Of a DNA stretch of 52,932 nucleotides, positions 17,020 to 26,381 are shown piece by piece. The stretch's first letter is position 1. Every line of letters begins with the position of its first letter. The notes under the pieces were generated by a model. That model saw nothing but the letters and a program-made list of their open reading frames with translations, was not told where the DNA came from and searched no databases. The stretch spans positions 1 to 52,932 of the IMG/VR virus record IMGVR_UViG_3300045988_134091; one strand, 5' to 3'. This DNA comes from a virus. Position numbers and translations under genes: made by a program.

Positions 17020-17522
17020 TTGTTTCCTCCTTTGCCGTTATGCACGGGCAACCTCTGCTCTAGCCCGTTGAATCTCTGGTGGATTTCTATAAGTTTCTGG
17101 TTCAGGTCATCCTTCTTCACATACTCACTCATATCCTGACCACTGACCCCAGCAGAAGTGGGATTCTGACCATTTCCAGGTTGTCCCCCGGATTCTAGGG
17201 AGTATTTCAGGAAGATAATGTTGCCATCCAGCCCCAGCTGCTTTGTATAGATTTTTCCATGAGCCTTGTCCGGGAATACGAACAATGACCCATCAAAATC
17301 AATCATAGCAGCATTTGCTTCTTCCTCATTGGAAACAGGCCGCCCTTTGAGAATAGGAGCAGCGGGAGCTGCTTGCTGAGGATTGGGTGTATAATTCCCA
17401 GGCTGCGGATAACCCATAGCAGGGTTGGCAGCAAACTGTGGATACTGGGATTCCATTATTTGGAGCCTTTGCTGAGCAGTCTGCATAGCCGGGTTGGGGT
17501 AGTAGGTCGGTTGACCATACAT
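17016..17522 (-). CDS. Hypothetical protein with Pro/Gln-rich N-terminus
   Basis: caggagg RBS directly after a 16-bp inverted repeat. Confidence 0.6.
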   Translation of the reverse strand: MYGQPTYYPNPAMQTAQQRLQIMESQYPQFAANPAMGYPQPGNYTPNPQQAAPAAPILKGRPVSNEEEANAAMIDFDGSLFVFPDKAHGKIYTKQLGLDGNIIFLKYSLESGGQPGNGQNPTSAGVSGQDMSEYVKKDDLNQKLIEIHQRFNGLEQRLPVHNGKGGNK

Positions 17523-17538
17523 GATGCTTTACCTCCTG

Positions 17539-17578
17539 TAATTGAATTGTAAGGCCCATCCCCCTTACAATTCAATTA
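17539..17578. repeat. Perfect 16-bp inverted repeat with 8-nt spacer in the leader/promoter of gene 17522
   Basis: taattgaattgtaagg (17539-54) and ccttacaattcaatta (17563-78). Confidence 0.9.
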
Positions 17579-17603
17579 TACTATACTAGCAAATGGCAGA
17601 AGT
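17575..17603 (-). promoter_or_regulatory. Candidate promoter with good -10 and poor -35, overlapping a 16-bp inverted repeat
   Basis: - strand TATAAT (17580-75) followed by TGAATTGTAAGGGGG, which resembles the class A leader box; the -35 reads ACTTCT. Confidence 0.35.
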
Positions 17604-17640
17604 ATACAGAAAGGATCTCGAAAGTATCCCTAAAAGGTAA

Positions 17641-17674
17641 AGAAAACCCCCGCACCACAGTAGCAGTGCGGGGG
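17641..17674 (-). terminator. Rho-independent terminator after the sigma-like gene
   Basis: 9-bp GC stem cccccgcac/gtgcggggg; the - strand RNA is followed by UUUUCU. Confidence 0.8.
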
Positions 17675-17679
17675 TTTCC

Positions 17680-17910
17680 TCAAAAGAGTTTATTCAGTTT
17701 GGAAAGTGCTTTTGCGTGTCGTTTCTTGATTGTGACTTCCGCATAACCCAAGGTGTCTCCAATGTATCGGAAATCTTTTCCCTTGAGGTAGTGCAAACGC
17801 AAGATTTCCTTGTCTTCATCAGTCAATGTTGACCGTTCTAACAAGTCATCAAACCGGGATACATCAGGGATGTCCTTGAGCTTTCTTCTGGTGTCAAGAT
17901 GAACGCTCAA
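17680..17910 (-). CDS. Sigma-70 region-4-like HTH regulator (candidate late activator)
   Basis: LTDEDKEILRLHYLKGKDFRYIGDTLGYAEVTIKKRHAKALSKL; TTG start; followed by a terminator. Confidence 0.55.
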   Translation of the reverse strand: MSVHLDTRRKLKDIPDVSRFDDLLERSTLTDEDKEILRLHYLKGKDFRYIGDTLGYAEVTIKKRHAKALSKLNKLF

Positions 17911-17995
17911 TCTTTACATCCCTCACTTTGATCTATACCTCCCACAAGTAGGGCAACGGGATAGACCCCCACGGTGACCAGAACCGATATGGGTT

Positions 17996-18430
17996 TTACC
18001 CGATGGGTTGGAGTGAGTCACTGTTGATCCCTTGCTCTTGCTGCTGGATGTTCGTGTCCTGGTTACTGTTCTTGTGGTTGTCACTGTTTGTTTCGCCATT
18101 TGGTGTTACCTCCTCAAAGTTCCCTTGGATGTAGTCGGCATTTTCTCCAGCTTGATACACATTGTTACCTGAGCCCTCTCCTGTATCTTGAGTGACTGTA
18201 GTTGCGGTTGTACTATTGTATTCCCACCCACTCTCATACCAGGTGAAAATTCCTGCAATAGCGATGTTGACCAGGAGGCTGATGATGAGGATAATCCTCA
18301 ACCAAAAGTCTTCCCGCCTTTTGGATTCAAGCATGGTTATAACAATTCGGTTGAGTGCCACGCTCTGGTCCAGTGCATCCTCCTCTTTGTGAAGGGCATC
18401 CAGTTCCTGGATTGGAGTATCTGGTTTCAT
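17996..18430 (-). CDS. Coiled-coil plus single-TM protein (XhlA-like architecture; lysis-associated?)
   Basis: WLRIILIISLLVNIAIAGIF TM after an N-terminal helical segment; lies downstream of the tail fibre gene. Confidence 0.35.
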   Translation of the reverse strand: MKPDTPIQELDALHKEEDALDQSVALNRIVITMLESKRREDFWLRIILIISLLVNIAIAGIFTWYESGWEYNSTTATTVTQDTGEGSGNNVYQAGENADYIQGNFEEVTPNGETNSDNHKNSNQDTNIQQQEQGINSDSLQPIG

Positions 18431-18432
18431 TG

Positions 18433-18750
18433 TTATGCACCTCTGTCCTTTATGTGGTTTAGGGTTTCCATGATAGTAATTAGAGCTTGTGTATTGGCAT
18501 CAGATGCATGCATCATATTGAACAAAGTTTTGATTTGTTCCTCATGAGAGTTGACAAGGAGCGCAAGAGATTGTTGGCTTGACGTCAAGCCCTTCACATC
18601 TGATTTCAACTCCTCAATGCCCTCGATTGCTTGGTTGATTTTCTGGACTACAACGCCATCACCCTTGGCTCGTCCATTCATACCAACGACAAATGTGAGA
18701 ATACCTATCAAACAAGCCACAATACTACATACAAACAGTATGTAGTCCAT
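18433..18750 (-). CDS. N-terminal TM plus coiled-coil protein (holin-like candidate)
   Basis: aaggaggg lies upstream of ATG 18750; ILFVCSIVACLIGILTFVVG TM; consensus promoter upstream. Confidence 0.4.
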   Translation of the reverse strand: MDYILFVCSIVACLIGILTFVVGMNGRAKGDGVVVQKINQAIEGIEELKSDVKGLTSSQQSLALLVNSHEEQIKTLFNMMHASDANTQALITIMETLNHIKDRGA

Positions 18751-18776
18751 TAGTTGAGACCCTCCTTTCACTTTCT

Positions 18777-18806
18777 ATTATACTCCCGTTCGGTAGTAGA
18801 AGTCAA
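18777..18806 (-). promoter_or_regulatory. Sigma-70-type promoter on the - strand upstream of 18750
   Basis: - strand TTGACT (18806-18801), 18-nt spacer, TATAAT (18782-18777), followed by agaaagtgaaaggaggg. Confidence 0.6.
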
Positions 18807-18850
18807 GCAGGAATTTTTACAACTTGGGGGGGGGAGGTTTTGACTACCAC

Positions 18851-20089
18851 TTAAAAAATCCCTACATATGCAAAAGTACCTCCCAGGGTATCTAGCTGAT
18901 TGGCCGGATGAGAATCGGTTGACCTATAATACCAAGATACTGTATTGCCAGAAATGCTAACCACCAGATCTGACATCGTTCCTTCCACCCAAGAAAGCCC
19001 GGTGGAAGCAGACGGGGTGATAAGTAGCAACCCCCATCTTACAAGAGCACGATCCGCTTGTTTGATAAATACAACTTTTGGAGCTCCATTTACGAATGTG
19101 ATTGTATTTGGAGAATCTGCGCCAGTTCGACCTTGTCCTTGGTATGTACCAGCCTCGCTCGGGTAGCCCCAATAAGGTGCACCAGAAGTGTTTTGCTTAA
19201 GAAATGCCCCAGCTTGCGGGGGGAATGCGAGTTGAGCAAGAGTTGTTGCTGCTGATGGGTAGATGAGTCTATTTGCCGACCAGGATGATTTACCAGTACC
19301 ACCTTTTGCAACAGACAGGATAAGCTTATTATAAAGGTTGTCCCACCAGCTTTTTACTTTGGCCGGAGTCATCCATTTGGTGTCATCAGTCCCAGCTTGA
19401 GCTTGAGCCGTACTGGCCTTGTCAGATATGTTTACTTTGTTAGTTTCCAAGGCTGTAATTCGGCGTTGAAGATTTGCTGCTACATTCTCATCGAGCTGTA
19501 GTTGAAGATCAGAAAACCAAGTTTGAAACGCATCATCATATTGAGCAAACAAGCCCTCAGTATCAATTTGGTCAATTGTTCCAGCAACAATACCGCAGCG
19601 GGAAGTATTCTGCCGCATATCAATGATACTGGACTGAGAAATGCTTGCCATACCAGCGCTCACAGTAATCTGTGCAAGTTCAAGCTCATACAAGTCCTTG
19701 TCCCTTTGAAGAGAAACCGAAGACGGGCTGGCTGATACTGCACCCGATTTGATATACAGCTGAATTTTGCGGTCAACATAGTTCAAACCCATAATGACAG
19801 AATCAATACGGGACAAACTGGAATTGGCAGTAGGAACTGTTAGCTGCTCCGGGACATTGTCCTCAACTGTAATGTAGTACCCATTTATCCATCCGCTGCC
19901 CGGCTGAACGCTCACGTGCATATCCGGGTTGGAAGAGGCTTTTACCTGCATACCTGTAGATGGGTCAGGGAAAACACCATTTTTCACCAACAGGCTGAAG
20001 TAGTGGGCAAAGGATGATGCGCTGTAAACCCGGTCATAATCCCCACCGCCTTGGTCTACAGCATCAAAAAATCCGCTTGTGTATGACAT
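18851..20089 (-). CDS. Tail fibre / receptor-binding protein (BppU-like N-terminus)
   Basis: Position after Dit and Tal; coiled segment LQLQLDENVAANLQRRITALE; TDDTKWMTPAKV motif. Confidence 0.6.
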   Translation of the reverse strand: MSYTSGFFDAVDQGGGDYDRVYSASSFAHYFSLLVKNGVFPDPSTGMQVKASSNPDMHVSVQPGSGWINGYYITVEDNVPEQLTVPTANSSLSRIDSVIMGLNYVDRKIQLYIKSGAVSASPSSVSLQRDKDLYELELAQITVSAGMASISQSSIIDMRQNTSRCGIVAGTIDQIDTEGLFAQYDDAFQTWFSDLQLQLDENVAANLQRRITALETNKVNISDKASTAQAQAGTDDTKWMTPAKVKSWWDNLYNKLILSVAKGGTGKSSWSANRLIYPSAATTLAQLAFPPQAGAFLKQNTSGAPYWGYPSEAGTYQGQGRTGADSPNTITFVNGAPKVVFIKQADRALVRWGLLLITPSASTGLSWVEGTMSDLVVSISGNTVSWYYRSTDSHPANQLDTLGGTFAYVGIF

Positions 20090-20091
20090 TG

Positions 20092-21198
20092 TTATGTCCT
20101 CCTTCTTAGTTTATTTGCAAGGGTTGGCTGTTCGTATCCAAATGTGATGTCCAGCCGTTCTCCATCTTCATCAAAGGTTCTCATTACCTCTGTGATTACA
20201 GCGTTCGCTCTGACTTTGAATCTGCTGTCATACACAGTGACTTTGTCCCCCAAGAAGAAGTCCACTCCATACTCATACCCGGTCACACCAAATGTTCTCA
20301 GAGTAGCAGAGAATGACTCAATATCCTTGTAATCTTCCAAGGAGGTTTTTCCACGTTCAACTAGCATAGAGTTGTACTCAGTTTCTGGTATCGTGGTCCC
20401 ATCTGTTTTCTCACTCTGCAAATCTCTTGCATCAACAAACAGTTCCCTTCGGAAAAGTCCTGTTGTTGAACCAACGGTTTGAGTTTTCCGTGATGTTCCA
20501 CTGTCTTCCCCAGCGACGTATGCAAAATTTCTTAGCTCAGACTTGTTATGTGAGTAGGTCGATTCAAGGATGTCATCAAGGTCGGACGAAAACAACACCG
20601 GGTTGACCTCAGATTGGTCTAATGTTCTGTCTGTACCCTGGTACACTCGGAAAACGAATTTGGTTTGTCTGGGGAAGAACTGAAGTCTGAACCCCAGAGA
20701 ATTGGCCTCACAGAGTTTTGAGGATTCCAGCAAAACAGTGTCGCCCGTTTTCTGGTAAGAAACCGATGGACCATAGGCAACTTGGTCAGAAGCCAGCTCA
20801 ATCAATGGAATTTTCCGGGCTGTGTCTGTCGGGTTTATCAGGTTGTCATTCACATGTTTGCGAAGTATGCTACTGATTTTTCCTGTCATAATCACAGTTG
20901 GGTAAATCGTCCTGTAATCAAGATAGCTTTCAGCCAAACGGCCTTGAATATGAATTGTCTTGGTCCCATCTTCATCGCTGGTCAATTCTTTGAACTCAAT
21001 GACACCAGCGGATTCTCCACCAATCCACAACAAGTTGTCCTCTTTCAACAGCTCTGCGTTTTGGTCATTTAAGGGGCACCACAGCTCAAAGTTTCCTGCA
21101 TCAGAGAACTTTTCCAACCAAGTCAACCCTGTGACCACATCGATGACCCCTAGAGGGGTGATGGAGCTGTCAAACACATACAAATCAAGCCCCATCAC
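20092..21198 (-). CDS. Tail tip protein (Tal / siphovirus Gp37-like)
   Basis: Position directly after Dit; overlapping start and stop. Confidence 0.55.
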   Translation of the reverse strand: MMGLDLYVFDSSITPLGVIDVVTGLTWLEKFSDAGNFELWCPLNDQNAELLKEDNLLWIGGESAGVIEFKELTSDEDGTKTIHIQGRLAESYLDYRTIYPTVIMTGKISSILRKHVNDNLINPTDTARKIPLIELASDQVAYGPSVSYQKTGDTVLLESSKLCEANSLGFRLQFFPRQTKFVFRVYQGTDRTLDQSEVNPVLFSSDLDDILESTYSHNKSELRNFAYVAGEDSGTSRKTQTVGSTTGLFRRELFVDARDLQSEKTDGTTIPETEYNSMLVERGKTSLEDYKDIESFSATLRTFGVTGYEYGVDFFLGDKVTVYDSRFKVRANAVITEVMRTFDEDGERLDITFGYEQPTLANKLRRRT

Positions 21199-22076
21199 TG
21201 CACCTCCAGGTATCTGGGCAAGAAGGAGATGAGCACCTCCAGCCCGGCCACATTGTTATCAGCATCATACTTGAGGGTGTTTTCTCCAGTATGAAGCTGA
21301 AGCCAAGTGGAATCAAAATCCATGTACTTGAAATAGTTGTATTCCACACCATTGACGATTCCTTTGATGTACTTCTCACCACTTCCCGTAGAAATGACAA
21401 TCTGTTCACCAGCGGACATAGTCTTGTTAACCTTAATGAATTCTCTGGTATCTACATTCAACAAGCTGGGGTTTGTAACGGTGCTTGTACAGGAGAATGT
21501 AACCAGCAACCCAGTGTCAATATCCCCTCCATTGTTGAGTGTGGCCAACAACGAAGGTTCACGCAGCCCCATAAGGATTCCAGTGCCCTGAGGAATAACC
21601 AAAGGAAACCGAAACTTGGGAATAGTGGATGCAATCAAAGCGGACTGTTTATCTTTTGTGGTAAACATTGGGTCAGCACAGGTTCCTTGAATGAGGAACT
21701 TGCACAATACCTCATTGTTTTCCTCATAGGACACAGAGTACTTTACAGAGTAGTCAGGCTTGAATGAAAGTTTGTACTTTTCCTGAACAATCGCATCAAT
21801 CGGATGTAGGGGGTTCACCAGACGGTTCAAAGTCTTTTTGTTTTCCCTGAGCTCATCATAGGTATCTCCAATCACCCAACCGCTGATTGCCACAGTCCTT
21901 TGTTCGAGCGTTGTACTGTCGATATAAACCCCTACTTGACTCACATATTTGTAGCTGTGATGAGTCCCTTCCACAGTTCCAAGGTCTGCTTCATCAAGTA
22001 CAAGGTGACTATCATCTTTGTCCAATAACACGGACTGGAGAGTGACCGTGTTTGTAAGTATCAAGGATTCAATCAT
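21195..22076 (-). CDS. Distal tail protein (Dit)
   Basis: Position directly after the tape measure gene; ggaggg RBS. Confidence 0.6.
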   Translation of the reverse strand: MIESLILTNTVTLQSVLLDKDDSHLVLDEADLGTVEGTHHSYKYVSQVGVYIDSTTLEQRTVAISGWVIGDTYDELRENKKTLNRLVNPLHPIDAIVQEKYKLSFKPDYSVKYSVSYEENNEVLCKFLIQGTCADPMFTTKDKQSALIASTIPKFRFPLVIPQGTGILMGLREPSLLATLNNGGDIDTGLLVTFSCTSTVTNPSLLNVDTREFIKVNKTMSAGEQIVISTGSGEKYIKGIVNGVEYNYFKYMDFDSTWLQLHTGENTLKYDADNNVAGLEVLISFLPRYLEVQ

Positions 22077-22089
22077 GATTCACCCTCCT

Positions 22090-24792
22090 TTACGCGATAC
22101 CCATAGAAATTTGTTGAGATGTCTGCTTGAGCTTCTTTGCGGCGACAGTGGGTGTAACAGCAACAGGGCTGTTGAACACGTAGGTGTTACCGGATTGCTG
22201 GCTTGTTCTTCCTGCCGAATCCCAAGCTGAGAGTTTGCTTCCAGAGGATTTTGCAGCGTTACTGCTAGAAAGGGAAAGGGCATTGTTGCTAACAGAAAGC
22301 GTTTTGGCAACTGAGGCTGCAGTTTGAATAGCTTGAAGATCTCGCAGTGCTGTAATCTGTTGTTTTATACTTTCTGTAACCCTGTCATAGGCAGCCTTTT
22401 GGCTATCCATAACAGCAATAACAGAAGTACTCTGTCCAATCAAGGTTTTATACAAGTCAGTATTCATCAGCTGAGCTACTTGAGAAACAAGGGATTCCAG
22501 CTTTGTGATTAACGTATCAGCCATTTCCATGACCGCAGACATAACCACATTAGAAGAATCTGACACACCCCCTGCCAAGCCCTGCATGAGCATATTGCCC
22601 ATTTTTGCTGTTGCTTTGGATGGAGAATGGATATCAAATGCATCTCTGAAACCGCTCAGAATACTTCCAGCAACACTCTTGACCTTGTCTACAACAGCCC
22701 CCACTGCGCTTGAGATACCATCAGCCAAGCCCCTCAGAAGGTTTTTACCAATCTCAAGCATCTTTCCGGGGAGTTCCTCAAAGAAACTTATGATTGTATG
22801 GATGACATTTGGGATAGCAGTTCGAGCCCAGCTTATGATGTCTGAACCCCACTGTTTAATTTTGGCGATTGCATTCAACAGGGCATTCCAGATCCGCTCA
22901 GGCAGCTGAAGGAAAAAGTTCACAACTGTGTCGACGATTTGAGGGCCTACAGTCAAGGCTGTTTCCTTGGCCTGAACAACCCAGTTTGCAAAGTTGGTAG
23001 CGATCTGAACAAGAAAATCCCAGATTTTACCCGGCAACTGGCTGAAGAAGTTTACAATGGCATCGATGACCAGGGGGCCGACTTCTGCGGCTTTTTCAGC
23101 CAAGCTCACAACCCAGTTCGCCAGTGTACCAATCGCAAAGCCAATAGCATAGCCAATCCGTTCAGGAAGCCCCGTGAACCACTGTACAAGCTCATTGATT
23201 TTCTCAGGTATGACAACAGTAAAGAAATTGGATATGTTATCAGCCAGAGTCTGGAACCAAGCAACTACAGCGTCAATGGCTCCAGGAATGGTAACTGTAA
23301 AGAAAGTTACAAGGGCATTTACAACACTGCTGATGACTTCCTTGATTTGAGCCCAGGCCGTGTTGACAAAGTTTCTGAATGTCTCATTTTTGTTGTAGAG
23401 AGTAACCAGAGCGGCTACCAGCCCTGCGATTGCTACAATGACAATTCCAACCGGATTTGCTGCCATAACAGCATTCAGAGCTGCAAAAGCAGGTTTCAGT
23501 AAATTCACAACCTTAATGATGTCAGTCACAGCAGTTATGAGTTTTCCAATAATGAGAAGGGCTGGTCCAATGGCTGCTACAACCATTGCGATTGTTACAA
23601 CCAGCTGCTTTTGGCCATCAGTTAGTCCATTCAGCCAGCTCAAGAAGTCTTGAAGAGATTCAGCAACTTTCTTCACAGCCGGGAGAAGAATGTTGCCAAA
23701 GCTGATAGCGATACCTTCCAGGGTGGACTTGAGGATGGTTAGCTGACCCCCCAAGTTGTCCATCATAACATCAGCTACATTCTGGGCTGCTCCACTGGAG
23801 TTATTGATTGCTTCAGTCAGGTTGTCGAAGTCAGTCTGAGAAGAATTAACGATGGCCAACAGACCAGACATACCTTCCTTGCCGGCAATACCTGCCGCAT
23901 ACTCCGCTTTTTCAGCTTCTGTCAAGCCATTGAACCCATCTCTCATCTCATTGAGGAGCTGATTTAGGGGCTTTACATTCCCGGCTGAGTCAGTCAAGGA
24001 GATGTTCAGTTTGTCCATATAAGCCTGGACTTGGTCGGTGGGTTTGGCAAGGTTGGTCAACACATTCTTCAAGGATGTACCAGCCTGAGAGCCTTTGATA
24101 CCGGAATTGGCCATCAGACCGATGGCAACAGAAGTATCTTCAATGCTGTACCCCAGAGCACCAGCAACAGGGGCTACATATTTGAATGTTTCACCCATAA
24201 GGGCCACACTTGTGTTGGAACGGTTGGCTGTCTGAGCCAGAACATCAGCGAAACGGGTGGACTGGTCTGCGGAAAGACCAAAAGCGGTCATTGCATCTGT
24301 AACGATATCAGAGGTGCTGGCGAGATCTTCACCAGAGGCCGCAGCAAGCTGCATAACACCATTGATACCATTCAGCATAGCCTCGGTGTCCCAACCCGCC
24401 ATTGCCATGTATTTCAGGGCCGCAGCGGATTCACTGGCGCTAAACTTTGTGGTTGCACCCATTTCTTGAGCTTTGTCTGTCAGTGCTTGGAGCTCATCCC
24501 CGGATGCACCAGAGATAGCTGCCACCTCAGACATTGCACTCTCAAACTTGGCTGCTACACCTGCAACTGCGGCACCTGCGCCAGCAATTGGGACAGTGAG
24601 GTTTTTGGTCATAGCTGACCCAGCGCCTTGGAATGCTGAGCCAAGTGCGCCCAACTTGGTTGTCGCAGTTGCAGAATTATCGTTGAATGTTCGGAGGTCT
24701 TGCAGAGCGGACTTGAAACCCCGTTGAAACCCGGATGTATCCAAATCCAGATACCCTACTGCTTGACCTACATTAATGGACACTGGGCTCAC
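22090..24792 (-). CDS. Tail tape measure protein
   Basis: 900 aa; Ala/Gly-rich helical repeats; central hydrophobic stretch; canonical position. Confidence 0.9.
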   Translation of the reverse strand: MSPVSINVGQAVGYLDLDTSGFQRGFKSALQDLRTFNDNSATATTKLGALGSAFQGAGSAMTKNLTVPIAGAGAAVAGVAAKFESAMSEVAAISGASGDELQALTDKAQEMGATTKFSASESAAALKYMAMAGWDTEAMLNGINGVMQLAAASGEDLASTSDIVTDAMTAFGLSADQSTRFADVLAQTANRSNTSVALMGETFKYVAPVAGALGYSIEDTSVAIGLMANSGIKGSQAGTSLKNVLTNLAKPTDQVQAYMDKLNISLTDSAGNVKPLNQLLNEMRDGFNGLTEAEKAEYAAGIAGKEGMSGLLAIVNSSQTDFDNLTEAINNSSGAAQNVADVMMDNLGGQLTILKSTLEGIAISFGNILLPAVKKVAESLQDFLSWLNGLTDGQKQLVVTIAMVVAAIGPALLIIGKLITAVTDIIKVVNLLKPAFAALNAVMAANPVGIVIVAIAGLVAALVTLYNKNETFRNFVNTAWAQIKEVISSVVNALVTFFTVTIPGAIDAVVAWFQTLADNISNFFTVVIPEKINELVQWFTGLPERIGYAIGFAIGTLANWVVSLAEKAAEVGPLVIDAIVNFFSQLPGKIWDFLVQIATNFANWVVQAKETALTVGPQIVDTVVNFFLQLPERIWNALLNAIAKIKQWGSDIISWARTAIPNVIHTIISFFEELPGKMLEIGKNLLRGLADGISSAVGAVVDKVKSVAGSILSGFRDAFDIHSPSKATAKMGNMLMQGLAGGVSDSSNVVMSAVMEMADTLITKLESLVSQVAQLMNTDLYKTLIGQSTSVIAVMDSQKAAYDRVTESIKQQITALRDLQAIQTAASVAKTLSVSNNALSLSSSNAAKSSGSKLSAWDSAGRTSQQSGNTYVFNSPVAVTPTVAAKKLKQTSQQISMGIA

Positions 24793-24989
24793 CCCCTCTT
24801 GTAGCTATCATACATCTCAGTGAAGCTCCTGTATTTGGTCTTGAATCTGGGGCTGTCCCCAGATTCAATTCTTGCTTGGATGTATGCACAGGCTTCATTT
24901 AGGCAATAACCCGTGTACTCATCTTCAATAGCCAGAAGCTCACTGGGCGTCCTGTTGTACAGGCTGCTCATCCTCAGAAGTTCCATCAC
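24789..24989 (-). CDS. Tail assembly chaperone, downstream frame (probable frameshift extension of 24940-25395)
   Basis: Overlaps the upstream chaperone ORF by 50 nt; no RBS; lies between the chaperone and tape measure genes. Confidence 0.5.
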   Translation of the reverse strand: MMELLRMSSLYNRTPSELLAIEDEYTGYCLNEACAYIQARIESGDSPRFKTKYRSFTEMYDSYKRG

Positions 24990-25395
24990 CCGTGAGCTGG
25001 CTACGAAAGCTGCCCAGGGCGGTCACCCCCCTCTGAGTATAATTGAACACAAACATCAGCTGGTCATCCGTGAGAGTGACACCGGCATCCTTCATCTGAG
25101 CATAGGTGGGCTCAACAAAGCATGCTTCACAGATAGCATCCAGGACATCGAACAGATTGCTCATGGCCTGATCATCTTCAGTGTCAAGGCTCCCCTTGGA
25201 GAACAGCTCACTGGCCGTGGCGATGAGAGCATTGGGGATTTTACCAGCCCGGACAAGGGCCAGCATGGAAGGTCGCTTCAGACGGGCCACAAAAGGCTGA
25301 CCCTCAGCAAACGGGGGCAGCTCAATAAGTGTGCCTTGACTTGCTTTTACAAGGTCATCAATGGGAGTGACAACCAGCCCATTCTGATTATACAT
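24940..25395 (-). CDS. Tail assembly chaperone (gpG-like)
   Basis: Position between the major tail and tape measure genes; aaggagg RBS; acidic C-terminus. Confidence 0.65.
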   Translation of the reverse strand: MYNQNGLVVTPIDDLVKASQGTLIELPPFAEGQPFVARLKRPSMLALVRAGKIPNALIATASELFSKGSLDTEDDQAMSNLFDVLDAICEACFVEPTYAQMKDAGVTLTDDQLMFVFNYTQRGVTALGSFRSQLTGDGTSEDEQPVQQDAQ

Positions 25396-25419
25396 ATTGC
25401 CTTTTCCTCCTTCTTGTTA

Positions 25420-26016
25420 TCAGCTCACGCTGGGCAAAGTCTGCACATAATGAATATCATACGGGGATTCATCCTTCTTGGGTGCAGAGTTGATAGTGTA
25501 CTCAGGAGCACGGAAAGCTCCGTCCTCAGAGCCAAATGCCACAGGAACACCCTGGCAGTTGGGATAGGTAATCTGTTCATACTGAACAATCTGACCGCTG
25601 GCGTCATACTGAGCAGAGTAGGCATGGAGCTTGAACACCTCGCCCTTCTCCCCGCTGCCGACAGTGGGCGGCGTATAGGAACTCACGCCAAAAGCGGTTT
25701 CCTCAGTGCCTTCAGTGGTTTTTTCAGCACTGGTCCAGTACTTGATAGTGCCACCCTGCAGGATTTTGACCAACTCAGGAGCAAACACATTGTCGGTCAG
25801 AGTAATCTTGTTACCAGTGATAGTGCTCACTGCAGGCTTCTGAGCCTTCAGCTTGCCCTTGATGACCAGCTTGACCGCATCTTCCTCCTCAATCTGGGGC
25901 TCAACCCCGATCTGAGAGGCCGTATCCAGAGCATAGGACTTGGTGGCAGTTTCAACCACAACCATGACTACATCAATGGTCGGGATTTCAGTGATTGCTT
26001 TGGGAGTAACAGCCAT
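25420..26016 (-). CDS. Major tail protein
   Basis: aaggagg RBS; about 200 aa, beta-rich; canonical position. Confidence 0.7.
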   Translation of the reverse strand: MAVTPKAITEIPTIDVVMVVVETATKSYALDTASQIGVEPQIEEEDAVKLVIKGKLKAQKPAVSTITGNKITLTDNVFAPELVKILQGGTIKYWTSAEKTTEGTEETAFGVSSYTPPTVGSGEKGEVFKLHAYSAQYDASGQIVQYEQITYPNCQGVPVAFGSEDGAFRAPEYTINSAPKKDESPYDIHYVQTLPSVS

Positions 26017-26033
26017 TGTTACATACCTCCTTG

Positions 26034-26381
26034 TTAATTTTTACGGTTATTTCTGTACTGTACGCTAATCATGTGCCCTTTAACTGTATCATCCAGGAAG
26101 GAGGCTGTCTGGAAGTAAACCGGGATGATGGCCGGGTACAATCCTTTCATCGCCTCTTTCACCTTCTCCACATAGGGTTCAAGGGTGCTGAACTGATCTT
26201 TGGGTACATAACACATCACATCATACAGAGCTTGGGAGCTGGAAAAGCTGGAGAGCGGATTCAAGCCGGCATCCTTCAAGACAACATATGGGCTTGTGCA
26301 TTCACCCTGGTGCTGACCGGGGCTATACACATCCAGTCCGCTTGCTTTCAGATGCTTGTAGATGTTCTGCCACTGGCTCAT
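26034..26381 (-). CDS. Tail terminator / neck protein candidate
   Basis: Gene order only. Confidence 0.35.
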   Translation of the reverse strand: MSQWQNIYKHLKASGLDVYSPGQHQGECTSPYVVLKDAGLNPLSSFSSSQALYDVMCYVPKDQFSTLEPYVEKVKEAMKGLYPAIIPVYFQTASFLDDTVKGHMISVQYRNNRKN

